A stretch of 63,797 nt of DNA, filler included, from Squatina squatina (lineage: Eukaryota), in NCBI GenBank assembly GCA_031763465.1. It is 4 parts of 4 records of this genome, joined end to end, with 100 filler letters (N's around TTAATTAATTAA, not from the genome) between each part and the next. Parts side by side here need not be neighbours in the genome. Positions count along the whole stretch, not along the records: positions 1 to 13,788 come from JARFOE010000219.1; 3 more parts are not named here. The stretch is one strand, 5' to 3'. The notes beneath the pieces were generated by a model. That model did not search any database, was not told the DNA's origin, and saw only the letters and a program-made list of their open reading frames with translations. How positions within the stretch are numbered: the first letter of the stretch is position 1; each line of letters opens with the position of its first letter. Positions 1 through 12,265 of this stretch are shown in pieces. A program made the translations under genes and the position numbers.

Positions 1-500
1 TTACATCCTCAAAAAATTCCAGTAAATTTGTCAAGCATGATTTCCCTTTTGTAAATCCATGCTGACTTTGACCGATCTTGTCACTGTTTTCCAAATGCTC
101 TGCTATTACATCTTTAATAATTCACTCGAGCATTTTCCCCACTACCGATGTAAGGCTAACCGGTCTATAATTCCCTGTTTTCCCTCTCCCTCCTTTTTTA
201 AATAGTGGGGTTACATTAGCTATTCTCTAATCCATAGGAACTGATCCTGAGTCTAAAGAATGCTGGAAAATGACCACCAATGCATCCACTATTTCTAGGC
301 CACATCCTTAAGTACCCTGGGATGCAGACTATCGGGCCCTGGGGATTTATCGGCCTTCAATCCAATCAATTTCCCTAACACCATTTCCCTACTAATATTA
401 ATTCCCTTCAGTTCCTCCCTCTCACTCGACCCTAGGTTCCCTAACATTTCTAGGAGGTTATTTGTGTCCTCCTTTGTGATGACCGAACCAAAGTATTTGT
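1..500 (-). mobile_element. CR1-clade LINE ORF2 (reverse transcriptase) fragment, 5'-truncated, with frameshift and stops
   Basis: Minus-strand translation gives KADKSPGPDSLHPRVLK, ANVTPLFKKGG, NYRPVSLTSVVGK and SQHGFTKGKSCLTNLLEFFEDV, the typical CR1 RT N-terminal motifs. There is a frameshift near 297 and in-frame stops. Confidence 0.93.
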
Positions 501-510
501 GGGAATGCAA

Positions 511-592
511 GAAAGATTAGGAAGAAAGACTTGCATTTATATAGCACCTTTCATGACTCGGGACATTCCAAAGTGCCAATTAAGTACTTTTT
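511..592 (-). mobile_element. 3' tail of DeuSINE (SacSINE1-like) SINE
   Basis: gaaagacttgcatttatatagcacctttcatgac...cccaaag matches the tail of the full copy at 18292-18745. Confidence 0.75.
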
Positions 593-2432
593 GGCCGTTG
601 CTGAGGAGAGAAATGAGGCTGTTAAAGCGAGTTTTGGTAGATATCTGATCAAACACGAGAATGGAAGCAGAAAGCAATGAAGGCGGACAAGGTAAAAGAG
701 ATACCCTTTTTTAAATTCTTCGGTAGGATTCCTTAGGATGGCTAAGGGGAGAAGGAATGCAACTCTGGACCCTGAAAGGAATCCTTGGGCCTCCCTTGCC
801 TTAGCCCTCTCTACATTGGCATAATTTTGGAACCCACCCCACCCCAAACATTTATTCTATGCTAGGGACTGATTCCTTTGGGTCCCAACAGCAGCTGTCT
901 CCTGCCCCATTCCCACCCACTGGCCTTGACCTCATTCCCGCCGGCTTGAGATATAAAAATGATTTTAATGACTTGGTCTCTGAAGCATTCAGATTTCTGG
1001 AAGTGCCAATTCAGGACCTCCCCCGACACGCACACACATCCTGCCCCAAGTTAAAATCCAGTTATACTTTCAGTAAATGTTCAGGTATCAGCCCCTTTAA
1101 GCTGTTGCAGCAGCTTCTCAACCCCCAATGGTAGACAACATTACTGCCAGGGACCTGCCCACAAAATGTTAATAAGGCTGACCTCAGAAAACTTACCAGA
1201 GTTAACACTGGGTTATGCTGCACTTCCTGGAGCAATCCCACTGCAGCAGAATATGCAGCTCAACGCGTCACCAAAATACCACTGCGGTGCTTAAATTCAA
1301 TAAAAATGCAGAACAGCTCCTCTGTTTTTTCACTCCGCAAACAGTGACAATTCCCCTTCTAAAATGGAGCAGCTGCAGATACAAGCAGCAAGTGAGCAAT
1401 TAGTCAGTGCTAAAGCTTAATGGAATCAATCTGTCCAAGCTGCAAACGGGGACATTTAGCAGTAAATTATAACCTGCTACTGTAATTAATCCTTATACGG
1501 AGCTACACCTGCTGATTATCAAGTGTGTCTGTCTCTCTGTATAGGCGCAGGTAGAATGGCTCAGTGTTTGCTCTATCCCAGTGTTGAAACCAAGATTCAC
1601 TTGATCTTCAATTGAAACTTATTTTTCTCCAGGACCTCAAAAGTGTGGAACTGTTTTCCCTTCCTTTGATAATTTACAGGATTTTAAAACTCTAGCCTGG
1701 TGTCCTCCACTGATTGCTCCCTGAAATTTTTATCTTTTCCTTTGGTAATGTCCTGCTCTGATCAAGGTTTTGCAATTAAAAGAAAGGCGAAGCAGGTATT
1801 AATGTGCAGATTACTTGATAATTGTGTGCTGCATTTGTGAAAATATTTGTTTTTAGATTTTTAAATTTTAACCCATCTAGTCATCCTACACTTTTATATG
1901 GAAAATAATGAATGTTATTTGGTGTTAGAATAAACTGATGTTAGAATACACAGATATACCTGATAATTATGTCCTTTATAGGAGATTCAGTAGCAGACAT
2001 CTGGTGCAGTGGCCAGTCCCTCGTCAAGAATGCCCATTTCATACATATTTCACTGTAAATTGTAGCACTGGAGAATTCTGTCAGTATTTATTGAGATTAA
2101 ATTGATGTAGTGAGTGGCCCAGTAACCACAATGCTGGGCTGTTGAATTCTCAATTACAAGATCTAATCTAAAATTCCAGTCTCAACTGACATTCGCATTC
2201 GCATTCGGCCTTCTTGTCAGAACAGGTTTGCCAAGATTACCTTCATTTGGGTGGAGAAATCCTTTACTGCACTGGTCGAATGTGATTCTGGCTGATGAAC
2301 AAATGAGCTACATTGATAGTGTCCAGGGAGTTAGCTGCAGATTGGATCAGGCTAAGCAACGGACTGAGAGATTTGGCAGTAATGTTTGGAAGGAACAAAG
2401 GATTCAAAAGAAGAGGATTGTACAAAAGTTTA

Positions 2433-2573
2433 GGGACTAGAAATTGCGTAGTGTTCCGTTTGGGGTGATAACTTTTGCGGGAGAGCAGAAGTATCGCTGG
2501 GCAGCACCCAATTCCAATGGACGCGAACTTTTGGTTTAGCACTCCAGGAGGGAAGTGGTGAGCTTAAACCAGG
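2433..2573. mobile_element. Left end of GC-rich MITE (Harbinger-like), cut by gap
   Basis: TTA|GGGACTAGAAATTG resembles the TIR GGGCTAGAAATTC of the element at 25185-25900, and GC content rises abruptly. Confidence 0.5.
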
Positions 2574-2673
2574 NNNNNNNNNNNNNNNNNNNNNNNNNNN
2601 NNNNNNNNNNNNNNNNNNNNNNNNNNNNNNNNNNNNNNNNNNNNNNNNNNNNNNNNNNNNNNNNNNNNNNNNN

Positions 2674-2800
2674 GATACAATAGTAACTTTCAAAATAGAA
2701 TTGGATAAATCCTTGAAGGGAAAACAATTGAAGGGTTATGAGGAAATGGGATTAATTGAATAGAGCTGGCACAGGGACAATGGGCTGAATGGCCTCCTGT
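2674..2800 (+). mobile_element. CR1 LINE 3' end
   Basis: ttcaaaatagaattggataaatccttgaaggg...tgggctgaatggcctcctgt is the C-terminus and 3'UTR pattern shared with the other CR1 3' ends in the window. Confidence 0.65.
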
Positions 2801-3452
2801 GAAATTGGAGCTTTTTGTTTCTACACTTAAATGAAATTCTGCACAGGTGAAATGTTATGACAATTAGAGACACAATGATCCATGTCTAGATGTGTAAGAG
2901 TAAAGGGAAAGAAAAAAATTGCAATTCTCAAACTTGCAGAGTAAATGATGTGTACATGGTAAAAAAAAACTTCCATTACTGCTTACCAGCTCCTTTTTGT
3001 CCGCTCCCATGATAGCCTGACCTTGAGGAATGTTGCGTATAAAGAACTTTATTTTCATCCTAGCTTACAAAGACATATCATTAAGTGCTGATGCTGCAGT
3101 TTGTAAATAATTGCATCCATCCAAGTGATGAATTGCACCTGCATTGCCTACATAACCAAGATGCTGCCATCCCACCTAAGTTTGGCAGGCTGGCAGGAGC
3201 TACAGATTTCAATGTACAAGGATTCCCAGAAGCCAAGAAGGGTCTTACTAATTTGCTTTTAGGATATTCTTTTTGCCTTTTCTAATTCTTCCAAGGACGC
3301 TAAAAATGATTCACAATCTGGAAAAAAGATATATAACTGCAGCTAGAAGAGANNNNNNNNNNNNNNNNNNNNNNNNNNNNNNNNNNNNNNNNNNNNNNNN
3401 NNNNNNNNNNNNNNNNNNNNNNNNNNNNNNNNNNNNNNNNNNNNNNNNNNNN

Positions 3453-3790
3453 CACTGTCATAGGTGCCGTGTTTCAGTTGAAGCATTAAACTGAAGCCCC
3501 ATCTTCCCTCTCAGGTGGATATAAAAGATCCCATGGCACTATTTTGAAGAAGAACAGAGGAGTTCTCCCCGGTGTCCTGGCCAATATTTATCCCTCAACA
3601 AGCAGCACGAAAAACAGATTATCTTGTATTATCACATCGCTGTTTGTGAGAGCTTGTCATGTGAAAATTGGTTGCCGTGTTTCCTAAATTATAACCGTGT
3701 ACTTCAAAAGTGCTTAATTGGCTGTAAAGCGCTTTGGGATGCCCTGAGGTCATGAAAGGCGCTATATAAACGTAAGTCTTTCTTTTCTTT
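3453..3790 (+). mobile_element. DeuSINE (SacSINE1-like) SINE, 5' end in gap
   Basis: Aligns by eye with the reverse complement of 18292-18745 (aaaagatcccatggcactattttgaagaag...tggccaatatttatccctcaa...aaggcgctatataaa) and ends in a (tctt)n tail. Confidence 0.85.
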
Positions 3791-5039
3791 ATTGGAATCT
3801 TAAATTACTTTAATAAAAGCTTTCAATAATATTTGATACTTCTGTTTTTCAGCCACAATGTTGAGTTTGTGAAAAGTCACTTTTATCCCTTTAAATTTTA
3901 TTTGGTGCAAAATTAAGTAACTGAGGAACAGCTAAGGATTTTTGATCAAATTGAAATTAAACTTGAGCAGTGAACTAGATATTCCAACTGTAATGTCATA
4001 CATTATCACATGAGAATGAAGGTCATGTATTTTATTTTAATGAATAAACAACTTAAATAAGGTAACTGTGAATTAGACAGTTCATTAACAATATACAAGT
4101 GACATTGCAGTCAAAATGAAAGTCAGACACAAATGAAATTATAAAATGGATTAGAAAACTTTCACCAGATAACAGTTACATGTACTGTTTTTAAAATATC
4201 TGTCAACAATAATTAGAATTAAATACAATGGAACAGAATTTAGCGAGATGGAATATTAAAAATCAGCTAATTAGTGCAGTGAAGGACTTCCGCTTCACAT
4301 TTTTCGTTTTTACATTAGGATCTTTCCAGGGTTACAATTTTGCCTTGTGAAAAGGTTAACTAGGTAATCAAAATGAACGAAAGGACAGTGATATGTAATG
4401 ATGCCCACGGAGACAGATTTAGGGATAACATTAAAAGTGCATGACAGAAAGATAAAATAGTTCTAGTAATAAATATGAAAGTTTTGCAGACTGCATGAAG
4501 GAGGAAGTGGGAAAAATTTAATTAGAATTTAGTGAAGNNNNNNNNNNNNNNNNNNNNNNNNNNNNNNNNNNNNNNNNNNNNNNNNNNNNNNNNNNNNNNN
4601 NNNNNNNNNNNNNNNNNNNNNNNNNNNNNNNNNNNNNATTTGACAATAATTAGCAGACGCATTTAAAGACCACAAAGACTGGTATGGAAAATGGAAATGT
4701 CACATTTATAATTTACAGATCTTAGAATTAAGGCAATGTTGGGATAACATAGAAGGAACGTTGCTTTGTATCTTACCTAGACGTGCCAACGTTTCAACTA
4801 TAGACAAGTAGAGCCAATTGGCAAAGTAGTTTAAAAATTTGAAACAGTTGTTTTGATTGGTTCCTTAATGCACCCTGTTAACATGGTCACACTCACTCAG
4901 ATGTAATAACATCATGATTGGTTTTCTAGCCCACTATTACAAATAAAAACACATACTATCTGAGGTACATAAAGTAGTTTTCCTGTATGCTTAAAATGCC
5001 TAAAAGAATCTTATCATTAAGTCATACTCTTCTATATTT

Positions 5040-5497
5040 TTGTGCTTGCTAACCTATATTGGCTCCCAGTTCGGCAACTCCTCAGTTTTAAAATTCTCAT
5101 CCTTGTTTTCAAATTCCTCCATGACCTCACCCCTGCCCATCTCTGTAACCTCCTTCAGCCCTACGATCCTCCATGGTCCCTGCGCTCCTCGAATTCNNNN
5201 NNNNNNTTGTGCATCCCCGATTTTACTCGATCTACCATTTGTGGCCATACTTTCAGCTGCCTAGGCCCTAAGCTCTGGGATTCTCTCCTTAAATCTCTCC
5301 GCCTCTCTACCTCTCTTTCCTCCTTTAAGACGCTCCTTAAAACCTACCTCTTTGATCAAGCTTTTGGTCATCTGCCCTAACATCTTCTTATGTGGCTGGT
5401 GTCAAATTCTGTTTGATAATGCTCCTGTGAAGTGCCTTGGGATGTTTTACTACATTAAAGGTGCTCTATAAATACAAGTTGTTGTTTTGTTGTTGTT
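5040..5497 (+). mobile_element. L2-clade LINE 3' end
   Basis: Translation LYWLPVRQ..FKILILVFKFLHDLTPAHL...FSCLGPKLWDSL..SSFKTLLKTYLFDQAF is the L2 ORF2 C-terminus. The 3'UTR ends in (ttg)n. Confidence 0.9.
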
Positions 5498-8308
5498 ATA
5501 AAAAGCACTAGACCAGAATGCTGAATGCAAATATCTAACTAAGGAGTAGTGCAAAATATTTTGAAGAAGAAAAATGAAACAGAATAAGAAAAAGAAATGC
5601 AAAGCAGATAATTAATAAAACAAGCCCTTGAAGTGTGATCTGCTGTGCAACATGGAGGAGTTGGATGCAGTTTCAGTGCTGAAGTATTCTGCAAAGCAGC
5701 AAACTCAGTTTTACCAGCATTTTATATAAAAGTAAAAGAAGTGCTTACTTACCCTGGCAAGATGCTGATTTTCTGTCAAATATCTATTTAAAAGCACGCT
5801 ATTTATCAAACATCTTTAACTTAGCTTTTGCTAAGTGACATGCTAATATGCAGAATGGATGCAATTTCTTCACAATAGAGTATGGAACATGGAAAAATGT
5901 TCAAGTACCAACATGATAATTACAGAATTATGGATGGGTGGTAGTGAATAGTGAGATTTAGTCAATGTCATTTAGTCCAATCGTTCAGATGGCATCATAA
6001 AGCTCGAGTAGTTTATAGATTTCATTTCTGAAACCTGAGATTAAATTACAGTCTGTTACTTTCTCTATGTATCACTTTTTTCTTTATAATATACACTATC
6101 ATCTCAGTAAACTGAAAACAATAGAAGTGAGATTTAAAGGCGTTTCTGAAATTAAATTGACAGCGAGGCTAGTGCAATGGCATCGCTAAAGAATATGATC
6201 TGGCAAGGTATAATAACATTATTTTGTAGTTGAAAAATGACGTTTTTGACTTACTAACAGTAAAATCTATTATAAGGTAACCTTTGTATAAAGACAATAA
6301 ACAGAAGTTTAATAACGTTCCCAATGGCTCGGGTGGTAAAGGCAGTGTATAGCTGAGCCATACAAACTAGAAGGCTCCAGGTAACTGATCGTGGCTGCAA
6401 TGGCAGCAATCCATGCTGTTAATGTCTTTTCTATAATGGGGTGCCCAAAACTATAGTCTAACTATTGCCTTGATCAAATTNNNNNNNNNNNNNNNNNNNN
6501 NNNNNNNNNNNNNNNNNNNNNNNNNNNNNNNNNNNNNNNNNNNNNNNNNNNNNNNNNNNNNNNNNNNNNNNNNNNNNNNNGCGTGCTATTACCTGAGGTT
6601 ATTCACTTTCCAAAGATTATTTTTTGGAATCTGGCCAGAGCTTTGACACCATAGCATGGTCCAAAAGCAGCTGGGATAAAAAAAAGTTTCTAAAAACTGT
6701 TCTTGATTTCCCATGAGGCTCCATTTCTTGCACAGTGATCAGACACTGCCAGGAAAATAAAATATGATGGGTATCAGGCTTTGCATCCTAACATGAAATA
6801 CAATCTTACACTGATCAATACCAAGCATCCCAATTGGGGAGCTTTGAGAGGCAAATTATGCAGTTGTGGTATTATTTCTGCAGAAGCAATTTCCAAGACA
6901 AGGACTGATAAATGGAATAATAACATAAAGTAGGTGGTGAATTTTTCATTTCTGACCAAAAAAAAATCCAAGTTTTAATAAATCGGTTATTCAGGCAATA
7001 TCGGACAACAAAGAGTTCAGCCATTCTAATTGCATAAGCAATATGGGGGCTATTTTTACAGACAATAGTATCAATTTTATCAGTCTGTTTAATGTACTAC
7101 AGTGAGATAGAACAGCACAAAAAAAAGTGCACTTTTTTGGCACTTGAGAGTTTAAAACTAGTTAATGAATCTCCTGATTGACTAACTCTTGCAAAGCATC
7201 ACTATAGAGTATGATGGCATATCAATAGATATGCAAAGAGAGTAAACAAAACATTTTGTAGTTCATCTTCCCAAGGGAGTGACTGCTTTTTCTCGTTTTT
7301 ACAGGCACCTCTCAAATCTGTAGTTAAAGTTGCCTTGCCAATGGGAGTTCTGAGAACTGTCAGCATACAAAGCAAATTTTCCTATTCTAAGATGATGGCA
7401 CACTGAGTGTCATTTTTTCAACAGCACCAGATCTTAAGAGCTTAAATAAAGTATTTTAAAGGTAAGCTCCTATTTGAAGGCTGTCCTGTTTAAACACTTC
7501 CAATCTGCCTTACCATCTGCCGGCATCTTACAGTATGGAAAACTGTCTGCTTTATTTCCAGTCATTTCTGCTTAACAGAAATCCTGATNNNNNNNNNNNN
7601 NNNNNNNNNNNNNNNNNNNNNNNNNNNNNNNNNNNNNNNNNNNNNNNNNNNNNNNNNNNNNNNNNNNNNNNNNNNNNNNNNNNNNNNNGCCTGATACCCC
7701 GTTCCATTAGCGTTCGGCAGGGTGTATTACTGGGGACTGATCTGATATCAGCCATTTTGCACCATTGTCAAATGTTCAAATGACCCCCGTAGAGAGAAAG
7801 CTCACAGCTTCTGCCTGATAACAATGATGCTGCAGCCAGACTAACTGGTTAAATTGGCTCCCATTGCTTTAACATCACACAGATATGTTTAAACTTCAGA
7901 TGAACTTGTTTGAAATTTGAGCTAAGGATTTACTACTGGGTTGATATCAGGAAGGTTGCATTACTGAGCTAACAATATCCCTGTGATGGTGGATTGCATT
8001 AATTCTTACCTATATGAAGCTTTATAATATAGTTTTCAAAATCTCATTTTATAATAGGAACAATATATATTACCACTGGACTACTGAGATCGCAAATAAC
8101 ACTGCTGAATGCATTATAAATTCGTTATTTATTTAGTCGGATATTTTGGCAAATCCAATTGAAATAGAAGTTTCTATCACCAAGGGATATGAATAAATTC
8201 ATGGTTTAATTTTAAACTCAGATAAGCTGACAGTATGATCGGAAGAATCAAAGACAAGTGGGAATATGTTATGTTTCAAAACAAATGCGTCCAGAATTGT
8301 GTGAGATA

Positions 8309-8625
8309 GAGTGACAGCCATGTGGAGTGTGTGAAGTACAGAGTGATGTATGGAGCAACAGCTGGGCGAGAGGCCATGATGCTCAGAGTAACAGCTGGGC
8401 AAGAGGTGCCATTGCATATTATAAGATTCTGTCTCATGATTTAAAATGGATGGAATATTATGGGCAGTGCTCCCACAATTTTCCGATATGCACTGGCTGT
8501 ATGCAGCGCTCCACCCTATAGAGTAACAGCTGGGTGAGACCATGTGACAGCTGGGCATACATGAAGTAACTGTTGGGTAGAGATGTATGGTATTTAGGAT
8601 AACAGCTGGCTCAGAATGTGTGACA
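8309..8625. repeat. Degenerate tandem repeat with core GAGTAACAGCTGGG
   Basis: CAGCTG cores at 8359, 8392, 8527, 8548 and 8603. The first two units are 33 bp apart with similar flanks. Confidence 0.65.
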
Positions 8626-10921
8626 TATATAAGGAGCTTTAATGTCAGTTTTTATTGCCAATTTTAATTTTTTTCCCCTATTTTTTCAGGTTTTTAGTGT
8701 AAAACAAAGGGGGCTGGGGGAAACTGGAGGCAAAAATATGGATCCTGGATAAATTCAGTAAAAGTTTGTTTTTATTCTGAACATTGTGAAGGTTGAAGGA
8801 AACAAGCAAAGGACTGAAAAAAGCAGTCAAGCTAAATTCTTTACACTCTTCACAGGCACGACTTTTATACGGTTCCCTTTTCTAAAATTAAAATTGAAAC
8901 TGAATTGAAAAACCAAGTCCTGTATTTACAAAGGGTTCTCCTAAACTCCAGCCTTAACCGTGACAGGAGATCAGCAGAAACCCACAGAGAAATGAGCTAA
9001 ACAGCCATTTTTAGCCATTTACCCTGCTTCTTTGGGTTTTCTGCCAATCGACCATTGAAGTATCGCCACTGAAATTCCAGGCGTAGTCCTTACAGCCACT
9101 TAATGCTTTCATTCTGTATTTGAGCTAGGTTTGTGTAAGAGTCACTAGATCACTTGCAAAAGTATTAAAAATGCCTTTTCCTATACTATACTTGTGAATT
9201 GAGTTAACAATCATAATATTAAAGTCGTTTTCTCATTACAGCACTATTGACTTTTTTACTAAATCAATATGAGTGACAGACAACCTTCCATTTGGTACTC
9301 TATGTACCAGAGAAGCCATAAATAATAAATCTTAGAGAATGAAAATGTACACGTAAAATATTAAATATCTTATTCATATGCTAATGTGAGAAACAGTTTG
9401 CACAGACATTACTGCATGATTACAAACTTATATCAACCTGGTGCCACAACAGAGCACATATATATAGTTGTCCTTGAGCTGCCCTGNNNNNNNNNNNNNN
9501 NNNNNNNNNNNNNNNNNNNNNNNNNNNNNNNNNNNNNNNNNNNNNNNNNNNNNNNNNNNNNNNNNNNNNNNNNNNNNNNNNNNNNNTACGATGTAACTCA
9601 TCACAATCTCTATAGCAACAAACTCACTCATTGCTTTTACGCAGCAAGAAAGATGCAAGAAACAAGAGTTGTTACACCTCAGAGATCCACAAAAGATTAG
9701 ACTAGCATTCTATTTCACAGAGTCAAATACCTGAACTTAAGGCCTTGAACCTTATAATTAATTTAAAGTAGATGAAACACAGCAAATGGCATTGATTTCT
9801 CTTCATGGCTACCTTAAAATAAACAGGCACAGGGAAGTTTTTTGTCTGGTGACCTTCCGATGTATAATTAAGTAATTACAGGATGAGGAGGCTGTAGGGA
9901 AAACATGGTTGGGGAAAGATTCTGGGAAATGTAACTGATGGCTGTGGAAATTGAAAATAGTGTTTGGAGTGTAATTTATGAGCTGTGTTTGGGAGTGATT
10001 CCTGAGGTTTGGAACGTGGTGCACCTTATACCATTACTTTTAAAGACAGTTGTAGAAAAAATTTTGTTTAATTTTGAGGCATCTGCAACAACTTTCATTT
10101 ATATAGTGCGTTTAATAGAAGGGAAAATATCCCAATGAGAGGTGTAAAGAAAAAGATGGCCAAAAGCAGAGATAAAGAGGTGGGGCAAGGATTCATAATA
10201 GGTTCTTTGAAATCATTATGAAGTGGAATGGAGAGCCAGTGAAGGTCAGAAGTAATAGATGAGCAAGAATTACTATGGCATAGGATGAGGGCAGTGCATT
10301 TTTGAACAAATTATTGTATGGTGGAGCTTGAGTCTGGAGTTAACAAAGGCATAGCTAAAGATTGCAGCTTGAAGTGAGATATAGACAGAATAAGAATTTA
10401 ACAGGAAAAAGCCATTTAATCCAACAAGTCTGTCCCTTTTTTGATTGATTTCAACCCCACCAATTTACCATCTCAGTTCTTTCTTTCTCGAAGAGTGGAT
10501 CCGTTTGACCCTTGGACTATTTATACTATTCATGTCAATGTCAGGAATGCATCCTAGGAAATTGTGGCACAGCTGTGTCAAAAGTACACATTTGGAAAAT
10601 TGTTCCTTTAGCATATTTTTTTAAAAAGTTAGTGACCAGCTTCCATTTTACTTCCAACTTCCTAATTTTTAAATTCAGTTCTAGTGCCTGCAGCCTTTAC
10701 CACAGTAAACAATTTTCCTGGATCAAAGCGTGTCAATCTACTACACGAGCTTGAAAACTTAAGATGGATCACGGTTTCTCTCTCACAAAGAAAAGAAACT
10801 CAACTTCTTTAAATCTTCTGTNNNNNNNNNNNNNNNNNNNNNNNNNNNNNNNNNNNNNNNNNNNNNNNNNNNNNNNNNNNNNNNNNNNNNNNNNNNNNNN
10901 NNNNNNNNNNNNNNNNNNNNN

Positions 10922-11097
10922 TCTATAACAAGCGTAGAACCCTTATTTCCGGCACGCCTGTAGGATGCCTATTGAGCAGCTCGATCCAATGTGGCGAGCA
11001 CGCACTTCAGGCATGGAATAAGCACGTGCACGCCTTGTGCAAGATTAGATTCTTAGATGCCTGTTAAACGGGCACAGCGCAATCGAATTTCTAGGCC
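10922..11097. mobile_element. Right end of GC-rich MITE
   Basis: Ends in GAATTTCTAGGCC, like the right TIR GAATTTCTAGTCC at about 25888-25900. Confidence 0.5.
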
Positions 11098-11139
11098 GTG
11101 ATGCCCAAATAAGTGTGTAACATACGTTGCAAATTTAGT

Positions 11140-11896
11140 GGCCTGTAATTTGTGGTCAGCGGCGAAGTAAGCTTCGCACAAAGATCTCGTGATCTCTGTG
11201 GCGAGAGATTCGGGTTTTCCGGCGCGTAATTGAAATCAATGCACTTAAAGGGGATTCCCAACGGAGAACTACTGTGTTGTCAACATGCTGTGCAAAACGC
11301 AGAATTCTCAGACAGCAAACCAGGAAATGGGTAAGCTCCTTTGAATCTAACCTTTTGAAAATGTTAGAGGGAGCAAATCAAAGATTGGGGCTCTCACATG
11401 GGGAAAGGGTAAACCTGAAATAAAGATGAACAAACTTTAAAACTTTTTTTTTAAGTTTCTTAAAAATTTTGATTTTTATTAAAAATGAATAAATTTGACA
11501 CTGCAAAAAATTAAAATTATTTTTTCAGGGCCATAACCTTTGTTTAGCAGTCAACATGCTGTTAAAACCCCAGTTACACCTAATCCAAAAGGATCTAACT
11601 TTTAGTGGGATATTTACAGCGTTATTACCGCGGAAGAGCCAAAATTTTTGTCAGTTTCCATGATTTGAGACATTACACTGATTGCCGGCTCTGTGGAATG
11701 GGATGGGACTGGGGGGTGGTGGAGGGCGTGGGTCCACAGCGCAGTCTGTGAAGAAGCAGTGAATGATTGGCTGCAGCTTCAGGATTTCTGCGTTAGGCTG
11801 CGTATGTGGTAAATCTTGAAGTTGCGGTCAGTTTCAAAGGTGAAATGACAGCGAACGCTGCCAGTCTGCCATTATCAGGACCGCAGATTCCGGGCC
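11140..11896. mobile_element. Non-autonomous DNA transposon (PIF/Harbinger-like MITE) with TIRs and 3-bp TSD
   Basis: Left end GGCCTGTAATTTGTGGTC versus reverse complement of right end GGCCCGGAATCTGCGGTC (14/18). AGT flanks both sides (11137-11139, 11897-11899). A related left end starts at about 16584. Confidence 0.75.
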
Positions 11897-12036
11897 AGTA
11901 TGTTGTTTAGATATGCTGAGTTTAGAATGATAAAGGGTACAGTGTATAGAGATGAACAGATGGGGGAGACTACACACTATCGGCTACATTAGGATGAACC
12001 AGTCAGTATATTGTTTTCTATCATTCCTTTTCTCAG

Positions 12037-12265
12037 CCCTATACAACAAAAGGCAGGAGCACAATATGATGATATTATATCCCTGTTGAATAACGTGATG
12101 GATGAGCGAACCAGTAAGCAAATTACATTGAATGAAACATATGACAAGATAAGATATACTGAACAGCAAACTCTTCGTATAACCATAGATATTGCAGATT
12201 TGAAAGAGGATATGGAACAGAAACAAAAAGAGTTTGTAGTAGAAAAAGAATCCTTGACAGCAAAG
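12037..12265 (+). CDS. CCDC175: Internal exon of a coiled-coil protein, CCDC175-like
   Basis: Pyrimidine-rich acceptor cattccttttctcag, donor AAG|gtaatt, 229-nt open exon PIQQKAGAQYDDIISLLNNVMDERTSKQITLNETYDKI...EDMEQKQKEFVVEKESLTAK. It resembles recalled human CCDC175 ([23 protein letters not shown]...[20 protein letters not shown]). Confidence 0.68.

Noticed and set aside
1545-1550. Possible 6-nt microexon tctctctgtatag|GCGCAG|gtagaa
   Set aside because: The donor is weak and no host gene is identifiable. It cannot be supported without RNA data.
8309-8625. Repeat-spacer pattern superficially like a CRISPR array
   Set aside because: Repeats are short and degenerate with irregular spacing, there are no cas genes, and the context is vertebrate.
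9950-10050. LGVIPEVWNVVHLIPLLLK resembling the CR1 RT motif VPEDWRVANVTPLFKK
   Set aside because: Too short and diverged to delimit. At most an old LINE remnant, not a gene.
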